DNA of 48,274 nt from Tubiluchus corallicola (taxonomy: Eukaryota > Animalia > Priapulida), in contig JAQGDQ010001307.1 in the NCBI GenBank assembly GCA_030141605.1, positions 1 to 48,274 on the forward strand. Direction: 5' to 3'. The translations under genes and the position numbers were made by a program. Position 1 is the stretch's first letter. Each line of letters begins with the position of its first letter. Positions 37,401 to 48,274 of the stretch are shown here, piece by piece. Below the pieces are notes generated by a model, which saw nothing but the letters and a program-made list of their open reading frames with translations, searched no databases and was not told the origin of the DNA.

Positions 37401-40400
37401 CCATCCAGCCCTAGTGCGGAGCTTATGCACTCTGGTTTTGTTGCAGACGTTCGAGTTACTCGTCGCTACACTAGCTGGTGTGCAATTTTTAGAGATTTTT
37501 TCTAGACAGAGAAGTGTTGCTGATGAAAAGACTATTTAGTGAAACAAGAGGTGGCGAGAGACGGACGTCGCGGTGCGACGTGGCTGGTGCATGCGACGTC
37601 CACGTTTGCATGTTAACAGAATGTATGCTAATAAATAAATAAAATGATTCGAAGCACGTATGCAAACAGAATGTATAATAATAAAATGTCCGAGTGCGCC
37701 ATCACATTTGTACGTTAATAGAATGTATGCAAATAAATAAATAAAAAAAACGATTTGAAATGTGTGTGCTAATAATCGATCTGAAGTGGCACCATTCCAT
37801 TTACTTGCACATACACAGCTAATCTAGTAAAATCTAGATTAGTAATTAGGAATCTAGCGCCTGAGTAAATGCTCACAGTGATTGCCATTCGATGCCAATT
37901 TTAAATGACAATGCTCACGAAAATTCTCGAGGGTTTTTCCGTATAGGCTATTATTAAACAGCTTGAAGAGATCTTTTCCCCAAAGCACTTTTGGTTGCTG
38001 TCTCTTCAAGCTGTTGGCAGATATAAAAACACGAAAAATTGGCGCTTGTCGAAATGAGACCTCTAGATAGAACTTTAGCAGAGAATTTGTACACCAAAGC
38101 TCATTTTTACTTTTTTCGCTACTTCTAAAGATGGGCGTGTGCAAATTTCGCATATCCATTGCCATTTCATGAACTCCGAAAATAACGAGGTATAGGTGTC
38201 ATCCGTTCGAGTGCCAGTGGGAAATCCACTGTTAAATCGTGCATTTCTGGAGGATATATATTCTCAGATCACGAAATATCCGACATCTCCAACCTCATCC
38301 ATGGAGGTCAGATCGAAGATACCGGGGTCAACCAGCTGCCTGAAATCGCCACAGTTTAGCAGTTGGGATAGGGCTTGTCCATACAGTGGCACATATCAGG
38401 ACAGTTAGCTGACACTTCGTGGACATTCACGAATCCACTCCCACTTCTAATGTTATTTTCAAAGTTACGAAACATGGTCAGATCCGAAATCCCAAGTCAA
38501 TGCCGGCAAAGTGAGATGGTGGATCAGATCTAGACCGAAATTTTGTGTGCACATTTTGCGTTAGTCCGAAAACACGCCTGTCAAAAGTGTACAATCGAAT
38601 TTTATGTATCAGAGGTAATACTGAAGCAGATTATGACACTCGAACTTGAGCCAGACGGTGTGCAAGCCACTTTGTATTCTGCCTCAGTAATATCTTCTCT
38701 CAACAATGTGCTAAAAATGCTCTTTTGCAGGTAGACGGTCCTCCTCCAATCTGGATGGATGACTTATGTATTCATAACATATCGCCCCATTAGATCTGAT
38801 GGTGTCCACAGAAAGAAGGGGATTATGATGTGTCATGAGCTCGGCATGTTTTCGGACATCAAAACTTGCTGCGAGAGTAGCCAAGCTGATATTAAGGTGT
38901 TGCAACGAATCTACGAAAAACCGCTGTTATCACCTGATTCTTCGTTTGCTCGAGAGTTTGTACATGAGCATCGAATGACCATCTCAATGTCAGACACTTT
39001 TCCGAACTTTGTGCAATCATGGTAATTTTTGAATTTTCGATAATGCCATGTTGCATTATAAAATGAGAATGGTACGAGCAAAAGTTGTGGATCACAACAT
39101 GTAAAACATTGTTATAGGCGCGCATTTTTGCATTACAAGAAATGCAAGCCACACACGAACCTAATTGCTGAACAAAAGGAGTTTTTTAGAATAGCCACAT
39201 TTGCTAAATGCCTGGAAGTTCACCTCATCGCGAAGAGACATGATCAGACATTGGTTGGCATTTTTCTGATGGTTCCACTGATGAACCTAAATCGTGAATG
39301 TAGAGCATTAATTGATGAGTTAATCACAATCATTCTCTATATTCACGAGGAAGTGGATCAGCCATCATATTCTCGTTAGGCGTGAGATAGAGGCCAGCTG
39401 CGTTGGTGTTTAGTTTTCAAGAGCGGATCATCGTTAGGAACGAGAATAGCTTCAATGTCGCAGTATACAATGTAACTGAGTGAAATTTGTTTATGAATGT
39501 TTTCGAAAGAAAGTTTCTTATCTGGAGGAGGTAATTTTCTTGGACGTGTCCATCAGCGCTATAGCATTCTTTTCTGTGATCATACAGGGCGATACGGTTA
39601 TCATAGAAGGGTTACAAACACCTTCGCAATGCTGCCAGTGATTTTTAGTGGAGTTGATATAGCAGGCAGTCTAGGTTAGGTAGGTAATGACAATGGGTAT
39701 AATCTGCCTGTGACGAGCACAAATCGTTAAACAGCAAGATGTTAATGAATTGACGACCAACAGTTGCTACTCTGAATGGAGTATTGTATAGACATCTAAT
39801 TCTCTTGTTTCTCGCCTCTTTGGCGGAATACAATAAAATATTTATACAATATTTTGGGTTATTTTTTTCGAACATTTTAGCTGCAGGGATTGGACTAGCT
39901 GGAAATTCTATCCTATTCCAATTCATATTGTGGTCATAGCAATCGTAATTTTGCGAAAAGCGCTGAATCCAATTTGTTAATAGATGTCTATACATTGCTC
40001 CCAAGATGGTGTACTTGAAACAGCTGCCATCGTCCTTGCACGCAATGTTCTCTAGTTAGCTGACAGAAGCTGGTGGGACCTTGGAGTGGAGAAAGACGTT
40101 CATAACTTTCCAACTGGATTTCGATCAACGGAAAGCCCAATATTACGTAGCCAGAACCATTAAGCAAATAAGATTGTAAATTATTTACAATGGTACTCCT
40201 GGCTTCGTAATACCAGTTGCCATCCAGAAAATCGTGAAAGCCAGAATTAAAGTATGAATTCGTTTTCCTCTTGAGATGGTCGTCTTGGCTGCCATCCTCC
40301 AACAGATGTTCTATTGTGGCAAGCCAAGACGACATGAATCTTAATGCCGTGACCAGTTTCAAAATGTGCATCACCTAAGCATTTCAATGGTAGCAGGAAA

Positions 40401-43400
40401 ATCATCTAAAACCAATTCGGCATTTATATCTAAGAGTTCTCCAGACTTGCATCACTCTAACATGTCAAGTTTCCACTAGATGGAATTCGTGTCCACTGAA
40501 AAGAAAGAAAACGTCAATTTTTAGCAATTGCGAATAACAAACGGCACACACACACACACACACACACTTTAACGAATAGTATACCGTGTGTTTATGTAAT
40601 ACTTATAATTTTTGAAACGTTTACGAAATAATAATAATTTTCCCAAAACACCGTCATCATCATCATCAACTATGATTGTTACTAAAGAAAACTATGTAGT
40701 TTACGTAATATATCACGAAAGTTATACACCTACCTGGATGTAAAAATGTTTACGGTGGACCCGCATTTCGCCTTAAAGTGGAAAGTTCGTCATGAACATC
40801 ATCAGTGTAGATGCCATTGTCGCTATCAACGCTTCTACCACCGATGTGAGAGTGTTGCATTGGCACGCTTGCTGCCTCTACTTGAGCTAGTGCTACTGTT
40901 GTCACATCTCTTGATGTTGATGGTTCCCCTGCCGTCAAGGGTTTCCTTTAAAAACAAACAATACACTTCACATTCACCATTTCTAACAAAACTCGCCATT
41001 AAATCAGATATTACGCAATAAAATGAGAGTCTGAAATGAACGATAAAACACGCCCAACAGAGACATAAAGATTGGAATGCACCATTTCTATGATTATGCA
41101 TTTGTGGGAAAGCTATTATTCAATAAAAATTAATGTGGCATGTCGGGCACCCCTCAGAGGTGAAAGGTCAAAGTCACACAGTATCGTAACATTATCCCTA
41201 CTAATTTTTAAAAACAGAATGACTATAAAGAAACGCCTGAGCGAGCTATTTTCTAAATATTGATTTGATACAGCTGACAACTTGGGAGCGAGGAAGAAGC
41301 TGTTGATTTTGCCGATAGTTGGAGAGAACGTTTTAGTAATTTATGCATTGTTTAATTTTGTACAGCTGTTGTTATACTTTGCAGGAAAAGACAAAATTAA
41401 GCCTACGATTTAGTAAGAGGACTGGTATTTGAAAAAACTGAAAAAGAGATAACAGAATAATGCTGCACCTAAATGGAACAATTAAATAAAAAATAAATTT
41501 TAACTAGTTAAAATTAGTAATCATCTAATGCTAGAGTAAGTCACGTGTTAACATTCTTACATGCTACACACAAAATTACTGTTGAATGACTTACGATTTT
41601 CTCCACACTTAAGGTAGTGACTCGCAGTTCTGAAATTTCGATAATTTTAACTTATTTTTTAATTTCTAATACAAAACTGCTAATTTGGTAGGACATGAGA
41701 GCACCGTCACGAACAATACATGTAACTAACATCGCGTCCTTAATCTGTTAACAGTTAATGTTAGCTCATTGTCTTAGTGAGTTCAATAGACATTGTAGGA
41801 TGCTAGAATTAACTTGGCTACCAATTCTGCCAACTTGAGTCACAAAAGTTCATACATTGGTGGCCACACACTTATGAAGTGGAGCACAACACATTTTAAG
41901 GCTATGTATTTGTTAAATGAATGCTTGATATTTTCAGAATACATGCGAGGCTTGCCATAGCATCCCGCATTATAATCGATGGCTAAAATCGACAGTATCA
42001 TCTGATCTGAGAGAGTTTTATATTACTAAATGGATGCCACTTGTGTGGGAACCAGTGTACATAGGTAAAATGTAATTATCATTATTTTTCAGAATAAAAG
42101 TGATTATTGATTTAATTTTCTCTCACTGGTCAGGCCATGATTAAATTGTAAGATGTTTCAATAAACTGGGGCTTATGACTTCGTTACAAACTTTTTGCAT
42201 AATTTAGAACAAAATAAGCACTTTTAGGAAATAGTGAAATTAAAGATAAAAACTTTATTTCTTGTTTCTTTCAGTGCATATCGAGTAAGTTACCAATAGA
42301 ACAATAAACACAACCTAATTAAAACCACTATTTAAAATTACAAGTCAAATCAAGTAAATATGTGCAGAAAGAACAGAGAATTAGAAAGTTTAATATTTCG
42401 AAAACAATTAGGAAGTGTATATTCCGAAAGGACAAACAATTTGGAAATTGAAATGACATCTATATTAAGACAATATTTTATATAAAACAGAATTTGACTT
42501 CATTACTTGAATTTAAAATCAGCTGACGAAGTCTGAAAGCATTTTATGTAAAATGGCTTTATAATGATTACAGCCTTTCTCTGCTCATATTCTACTTAGA
42601 TGCTGTGCCGCTCCTATGATAAGCAAAAAACTTCGTCAAACTTCCTCGATGACAAAGAGAAGAATAGTGCCAGTTTTAATTCCAATATAGTGCTAGCCCA
42701 AAACACGATTTTGCTGTGAACCGTCGAAAACTTATTTTATACAAAATGTGTAATATATGTGAAAAAAAGACAAGCAAGGCAGGTCAGTAAGAACAATAGA
42801 AGTTAGAAGTTGCTAAGGAGCAGGGGCGGAACTAGATGTGGCAAGCAGGGGCAGCAAAAATTTTCTGGGGGGGGGGGAGGCGAGGTATCCGAAGTCGTTA
42901 AGCCAATTTTTAACCCCTTTTATACTGCATGCAGGCCTCTCAGTTAACCTAACGTTAAATTTACCATACACAAATTTTAAGAAACTAATACGCAGGAAAT
43001 ATTACATTATTATGTCAAGTTTAAGTATGTGTCATAATTTTAACGTCGCAGGTCTTTTGCTAAAAACGTGTCGATGACTTTGTTTTCCGACACACACTCA
43101 TCGTACACATCTCGCTCAATGTGAATGACTGCCAAATGATTTAACCGTTCCTCCCTCATTGTTCGACGGAGCCACGAATGCAACCTTCGCAAAACACTGA
43201 AACACCGTTCACATGAGCAGCTAGTGACTGGAATAGTGACTCCAATCTGAAGAACACGTTTTAGAATGGGAAACAAATCACCGTCGAGCACCTTCCAAAG
43301 GGATAATATTGTTGGTTCCTCAACTCGACCAAATACTCTTTTGGCCATCACAGTCTCTGTTTTTAGCATGTCAGTCTGAATATTGTAGTGTTCAGCAAAA

Positions 43401-44755
43401 CTTGTCAGATCCTCAATACTCAAGAAATTTTCAGATGTTGGGTGAAGTGCTGATACGGAGAATTTCAGGAACAAGTGAACAAAATCGCGCCTCGATTTCT
43501 GCTACGATTCTATCGACACATGGCAGCATGATATTTCGATGAAGGTCTACATTATCACCCAAGACGGTATTTGCAAATCCAATGTTTGCAGTGACAAAAA
43601 AAATCGTGTAAGCCTGTCCTCGGTTTATTCTGCCGTTTGTGATCAGTGGTTAGTTCGACATCAAGGTCACTGATTCAATGTTTGCATTGTTTTCGCTCTA
43701 TTATTTCACTTGTTCACTATTATAACACACTGCTGAACGAAGCTCCAGTGCTAACTGAGCCGTTTTGTTAACTAACAGTCTTTTGTGCAAAGACGCTAAT
43801 GCTACTCAACGAGCTGCTTTGTTAACTGTTCCTGCCTGCCTCCTGAATAGATTACATGCAAACAAATTAACTACATCTTGACTTTGAGGTAAACACATCT
43901 GGTCAGGCACGTATTAACAGGCAGAATAATTTAACTCGGTGACAAACTTTAATGATAAAAAATATTACTGGGCTACTGCAAAAAAAATTGTTTGTTTTAT
44001 TTGGCAGGGGGGCGCAAATTTTGACAGGGGGGCCCTTCGCCCCCCCCCCCCCCTAGTTCCGCTCCTGGCCTTAGTTGTTTTTGTAATTGTGTTGCTTTTG
44101 GATGTTATAGGAATGTAGATTTCTCTTAATGCAACATCCAAATGGTTGTAAATGAGTGTTTGCATGCACAGTTAAAGTTGTGTTATTTAAGTATTCTATT
44201 TTTCAGTAACTATCTGTGTATGCGTGCTTGTGCTTGTGTGTGTGCATGTGTATTTTTGTGTGCGTGCACATTATGATTGATGATATTTTGACGTTGAATA
44301 ATTTGTTGTTTAAATATTGTATGCAATGTATTTAGCAGCTTCCATGTATATGCAGAAACGTTTAAATATTGTTGTTTTGTGTTTGATTCTTTTTAGTGCT
44401 CTTCTTCTTAGTACAAATGCAGACTAATATTTTACACTTTTTTGTAGGAAGAAATAAAGAACCAATGCATGACGAGCGATTTCGTGGGAATGGCTATGAC
44501 AAAATGCAGCATTTTGTAGAGATGTGCTTTCAAGATTTTGAGTTTCATGTGCTTGATAATACATTTCTTGTTCACAAAGGAATCTGGCCAGACAAGACTA
44601 CTTACTATCTTAAGTATAATAAAACAATTAATGAAAACAAACCAATCTATAATCGATTTATGCAGGAAATGATTGTGAGTTACAAGTCGACAGGACTCCA
44701 AAACCGCTGCACAGTACCATCAAACAAAACAAGAAGAGGCCACTCTGTAAAGTAA
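32239..44755 (+). CDS. GT49 glycosyltransferase (B4GAT1-like glucuronyltransferase), copy C, apparently intact, 445 aa, 3 exons
   Basis: Exons 32239-33141, 41938-42064 and 44448-44755 (1338 nt, in frame, GT-AG sites). Signal anchor GICTFVIIVYHFLSL; motifs YPINVGRNAAR, LLDVE, CEACH, WEPVYIG, DERFRGNGYDK, FHVLDNTFLVH. Confidence 0.9.
34376..34406 (+). repeat. (AG)n microsatellite
   Basis: Dinucleotide run. Confidence 0.9.
34700..34810 (+). pseudogene. Polinton integrase C-terminal chromodomain remnant
   Basis: VYRVERLLQTKGRGK followed, after a frameshift, by FMKWPGYPFFTSCW. Confidence 0.65.
34800..35532 (+). pseudogene. Polinton minor capsid (penton/PX) remnant
   Basis: LASNTS...FRAQL...GDWEVGLTKIVYPRSFYN at the N-terminus and PLL...EFRHIYY...DDTGRKVDF...YFR at the C-terminus. 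Confidence 0.75.
35990..36975 (+). pseudogene. Polinton major capsid protein (hexon/PY) remnant, internally deleted
   Basis: DIF...TQVAI...PINFHVVG...EYL...VGPVNLPATSMFSDCEVILG...YGYRVYLQTLL, then later YNFRHFNI and FNLSPD. Confidence 0.8.
37110..37539 (+). pseudogene. Polinton adenain-like cysteine protease remnant
   Basis: FRGVYSASEL...FVVNTQMDNLPCSHLVALY...CFDSY. Confidence 0.8.
37854..40495 (-). pseudogene. Protein-primed family B DNA polymerase remnant
   Basis: GSGY...PLQG, FEKNNP..INIL, ACISCN...VVIHNFCSYHSHFI, GLDLIHHLTLPALTWD, LYGQALSQ, FKLFNNSLYGKTLENFR; many frameshifts. Confidence 0.88.
42821..44067 (-). mobile_element. hAT DNA transposon deletion derivative in GT49 intron 2
   Basis: 15-bp TIRs CAGGGGCGGAACTAG and CTAGTTCCGCTCCTG. 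ORF 43040-43474 encodes the hAT dimerization domain IPVTSCSCERCFSVLRRLHSWLRRTMREERLNHLA. Confidence 0.9.
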
Positions 44756-44924
44756 TCAATATTGGTTTCATGGTGTTAAACAAGAAAGAAGTCGGATAAT
44801 TTATTAGTTCTTGTCATACTATAAACTATATTTATCTTGTCTTGTTTACTGTAAGTCTTGTGCTGCACCTTAGTGAGATTACAACGAATATTTAATAATC
44901 TTGTGTCATCTCTAAACAATTTGA

Positions 44925-47645
44925 CTTGAAAAAGAACAGAAGACTTCCAGTAGGACAGTGGACTTCAGAGAAGACAGGCAACATCCTAAATGACAGAAGT
45001 CTTCCTAGAAGACAAAGGTCTTCCTATATGACAGTGGATTTCCTCGATGAAAGAGAACTTCCAAGAGGACAAAAGATTTCCTCGATGACAGAGGACTGCC
45101 TAGAAGACAAAGGTCTTCCTAAAGCACAACTTGGAAGATTGAAGACAGAAGACTTCCTAAAGGATTTCACAAGAGATAGAAGACCTCCATGAGGACAGAA
45201 GACACGAAAAAGAACAGAAGACTTCCAGTAGGACAGAGGACTTTCAAGAACACAGACAATTTCCATTCTTCCATTCCAACTTCCTAGAAGGACTCCCTCT
45301 AAGGAGACTTCTGTTATCTGGGAAGTCCGATGTCCTCTTGGAAGTCCTCTGTCATCTAGCAAGTCCTTTGTCCTGTTGGAAGTGTTCAATCATCTAGGAA
45401 GACCTTTGCCTTCTAGGAGGTCCTCCATCCTCTAGGAATTCCTCTAAAAAGTCCTCTAGGAAGACTACTGTCATCTGGGAAGTCCTCTGTCCTACTTGAA
45501 GTCTTCTATCCTCTAGGTAGTCCTCTAGTAAGAAATTTGTCTTCTAGGCAGTCCTGCATCCTTTTGGAATTCCTCTGTCCTTTTGGATATCTTCAATCCT
45601 CAAAGAAGTCCTCAAGGAAAACTTCTGTCCTCTTGGAAGTCTCTGCCCTTTTGGAAGTCATCTGTCATCTAGTAAATCCTACATGAAGTCTTCTGTTTTC
45701 CTGGAAGTCCTATGCCTTTTTGGAATCCTTTTATCTTCCAGGAAGTGATCTAGGAAGACATTTTTCTTCAGGGAAATTCTGTCCCCTTTTGGAATTCCTC
45801 TGTCTTCTTGGAAGTCCTCTAGGTAAGTAGTTTAGATTGCACTGACGCATTTGCCTTCAGCAGTGTAAGTTTTTATTAACTAACACTGATTGATTATCTC
45901 TGTAAAGTTTTTTTTTATCAGTGATTATCAATGTTTTTATTGGCAAATATATATATATATATATATATAATAATCTTTATTTGCCAATAAAAACATTGAT
46001 AATCACTGATAAAAAAACTTTACAGAGATAATCAATCAGTGTTAGTTAATAAAAACTTACACTGCTGAAGGCAAATGCGTCAGTGCAATCTAAACTACTT
46101 ACCTAGAGGACTTCCAAGAAGACAGAGGAATTCCAATATATATATATATTATATATATATATATAAATATAATAATCTTTATTTGCCAATAAAAACATTG
46201 ATAATCACTGATAAAAAAAATATATATATATTTGTCCTTTTAGAAGTCTTCTGTCATCTGGATGTCGTCTGTCCTACTGGAAGTCCTCTGGAAGTCTTCT
46301 ATCCTCTACATGGTCTTCTAAGAAGACATTTGTCTTCTAGGAACTCCTGAGTCCTTTTGGAAGTCTTCTGTCTCGTAGGAAGTTCTCTAGGAAGGCATTT
46401 GTCTTCTAGGAAGTCCTCCATCCTCTAGGAAGCCCTTTAAAAGTGCTCTATGAAGATCTCTGTTCTATTTGAAGTCTTCTGTCCTCCAGCAAGTCATCTA
46501 GGAAGACATTTGTCTTCTAGGCAGTCCTCTGTCGTTTTGGAAAATCTCTGTAATCCTGTAAGTCCTCTGCCTTTCTGGAAGTCAGCTGGGAAGACCTTTG
46601 GCTTCTAGGATATCCTCTGGCATCTAGGAAGACCACTAAGAGGTCCTCTGTCCTATTGGAAGTGTTCAATACTCTAGGAAGAACTTTGTCTTCTAGGAAG
46701 TCCTCCATCCTCTAGGAAGTCCTTTAAAAAGTGCTCTATGAAGATCTCTGTTCTATTTGAAGTCTTCTGTCCTCCAGCAAGTCACCTAGGAAGACATTTG
46801 TCTTCTATTCCGTCCTCTGACCTTTTTGAGTACCTCTGTAATCTTGGAAATCCTCTGTCCTTTTTGAAGTCTTCTGGGAAAACGTTTGGCTTCTAGGAAG
46901 TCCTCTGTCTTTCTGGAAGTCAGTTGGCAAGACATTTGGCTTTTAGGATGTCCTCTGGCATCTAGGAAAACCTATAGGAGGTCCTCTGTCCTATGGGAAG
47001 TGTTCAGTCCTCCAAGAAGAACTTTATCTTCTAGGAGGTCCTCCATCCTCTAGGAAATCCTCAAAAAAGTCCTCTAGGGAGACTTCTGTTATCTGGGAAG
47101 ACCTTTGTCCTATTGGAAGTGTTCAGTCCTCTGGGAAGACCTCTAGAATTTGTCTAAAGAGTCCTCTAGAGCGTATTCTGTAATCTAGGAAGTCCTCTGT
47201 CCTACTGGAAGTGTTCAATCCTCTAGGTAGTCCTCTAGTAAGAAATCTGTCTTCTAGGCAGTACTGCATCCTTTTGGAATACCACTGTCCTCTAAAATGT
47301 TATCTAGGAAGACATTTGTCTTCTAGGCAGTCCTCTGTCTTTCTGGAATTCAGCTGGGAACACATGTGGCTTTTAGGATGTCCCGTGGCATCTAGGAAGA
47401 CCTCTAGGAGGTCCTCTGTCCTATTGGAAGTGTTCAGTCCTCTAAGAAGAACTTTGCCTTCCAGGAGGTCCTCCATTATCTAGGAAGTCCACAAAAAAGT
47501 CCTCTAGGGAGACTTCTGTCATCTAGTAAGTCCTCTGTCCTACTGAAAGTGTTCAATCCTCTAGGAAGACCTTTGTCTCCATGGAGGTCCTCCATCCTAG
47601 AAAATCCTCTATGAAGTCTTCTGTTTTACTGGAAGTCCTCTGCCC
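44925..47645. repeat. Degenerate satellite-like array (GGAAGTCYTCTGTCMTCTA-type ~20-bp units), related to 12780-13710 and 14669-15340
   Basis: Dozens of diverged units. Orientation flips near 45300, and a ~100-bp block recurs at ~46417 and ~46704. Confidence 0.88.
45789..46136. repeat. Near-perfect hairpin, ~160-bp arms (45789-45949 and 45978-46136), with a (TA)n-rich loop
   Basis: The arms are reverse complements differing only in the length of a T/A homopolymer. Confidence 0.93.
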
Positions 47646-47659
47646 TTGTGTCGCAATAA

Positions 47660-48274
47660 AATATTACCAAATGACTGCTGACATTCTCTTCAGTACTTAA
47701 GCAATCAATAACTCCATCTCACAAGGTTCTTTTTCTGATATATTAAAACTAACTGACAAAAAATATATTACAAAATTACGCAGATGTTCCTTTAAATTGT
47801 AGGCATATTATCGTTGCTCTACCACTTTGCAAAATATTCTAGACTTTCCAACTTTTTTACCAACTACAACATCTTATGCTCATACAGAATTGTTTTCAGT
47901 AAAAACTATATAGCAATACTTGCTACAGAAGAAATAATAAATTCTGTTCGTTCTAAAAAAATAATAACATGTTGCATATTACGTAGCCTTGAAGGCATTT
48001 GATACAGTGAAGCATCAGATATAATTAAACATACTTGAACATTACGACATTAGAGGATCATCACTGCATAAATATTTCACGTTCGAATATCACAACTATA
48101 AAACGCCGAGTTTTTCAAAGGTCTTCATCACGGACCTTTTTCTTAATTTACAACAGTGTTTGCCTAGCTGTTCTGATTTTCAAGTCAAATTGTTTAGAGA
48201 TGACACAAGATTATTAAATATTCGTTGTAATCTCACTAAGGTGCAGCACAAGACTTACAGTAAACAAGACAAGA
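47660..48274 (+). pseudogene. Possible decayed leucine-rich-repeat coding sequence
   Basis: Fragments NSISQGSFSDILKL, FSKNYIAIL and NISRSNITTIKRRVFQ resemble extracellular LRR units, broken by stops and frameshifts. Confidence 0.35.

Larger units (their letters stand above)
33779..41202. mobile_element. Polinton/Maverick (adintovirus-like) endogenous element, decayed and internally deleted, in GT49 intron 1
   Basis: ~60-bp TIRs with AG...CT ends (AGTAGGGGTAATGTTACGATACTGTGTG vs CACACAGTATCGTAACATTATCCCTACT). Flanks AATGGT and AATTTT may be a decayed 6-bp TSD. Remnants of integrase, capsid proteins, protease and pPolB are present. Confidence 0.92.

Noticed and set aside
42811-44075. 8-bp TSD for the hAT element
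   Set aside because: The flanks CTAAGGAG and GCCTTAGT are not direct repeats, so no TSD is claimed.
44926-47483. Several Ser/Leu/Arg-rich ORFs and a CRISPR-like look in the repeat array
   Set aside because: These are degenerate tandem units with no unique spacers and no cas genes, in eukaryotic DNA; the ORFs are chance open frames.

Overview
AT-rich animal (invertebrate-like) nuclear DNA with spliceosomal introns. Bases 1-7056 hold ten exons of an L-type voltage-gated Ca2+ channel (Cav1) alpha-1 gene, from the domain I pore to the II-III linker. The gene includes one GC-AG intron and one U12-type intron, and it stops abruptly mid-exon at the edge of a ~3.4-kb palindrome carrying two head-to-head copies of a class A GPCR pseudogene. 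Next come a TIR element and a BEL/Pao retrotransposon remnant that is itself duplicated in inverted orientation. Bases 16.5-44.8 kb form a glycosyltransferase cluster: one intronless GT8 (GXYLT-like) xylosyltransferase and three GT49 (B4GAT1/LARGE C-terminal-like) glucuronyltransferase copies, of which one is intact, one is 5'-damaged and one is a pseudogene. The cluster is interleaved with LINE, Gypsy, Kolobok-like and hAT remnants. Intron 1 of the intact GT49 gene contains a decayed 7.4-kb Polinton/Maverick (adintovirus-like) element. The window ends in a degenerate GGAAGTC satellite-like array with a near-perfect hairpin, followed by possible LRR remnants. All family assignments come from motif recognition by eye; no database searches were run.
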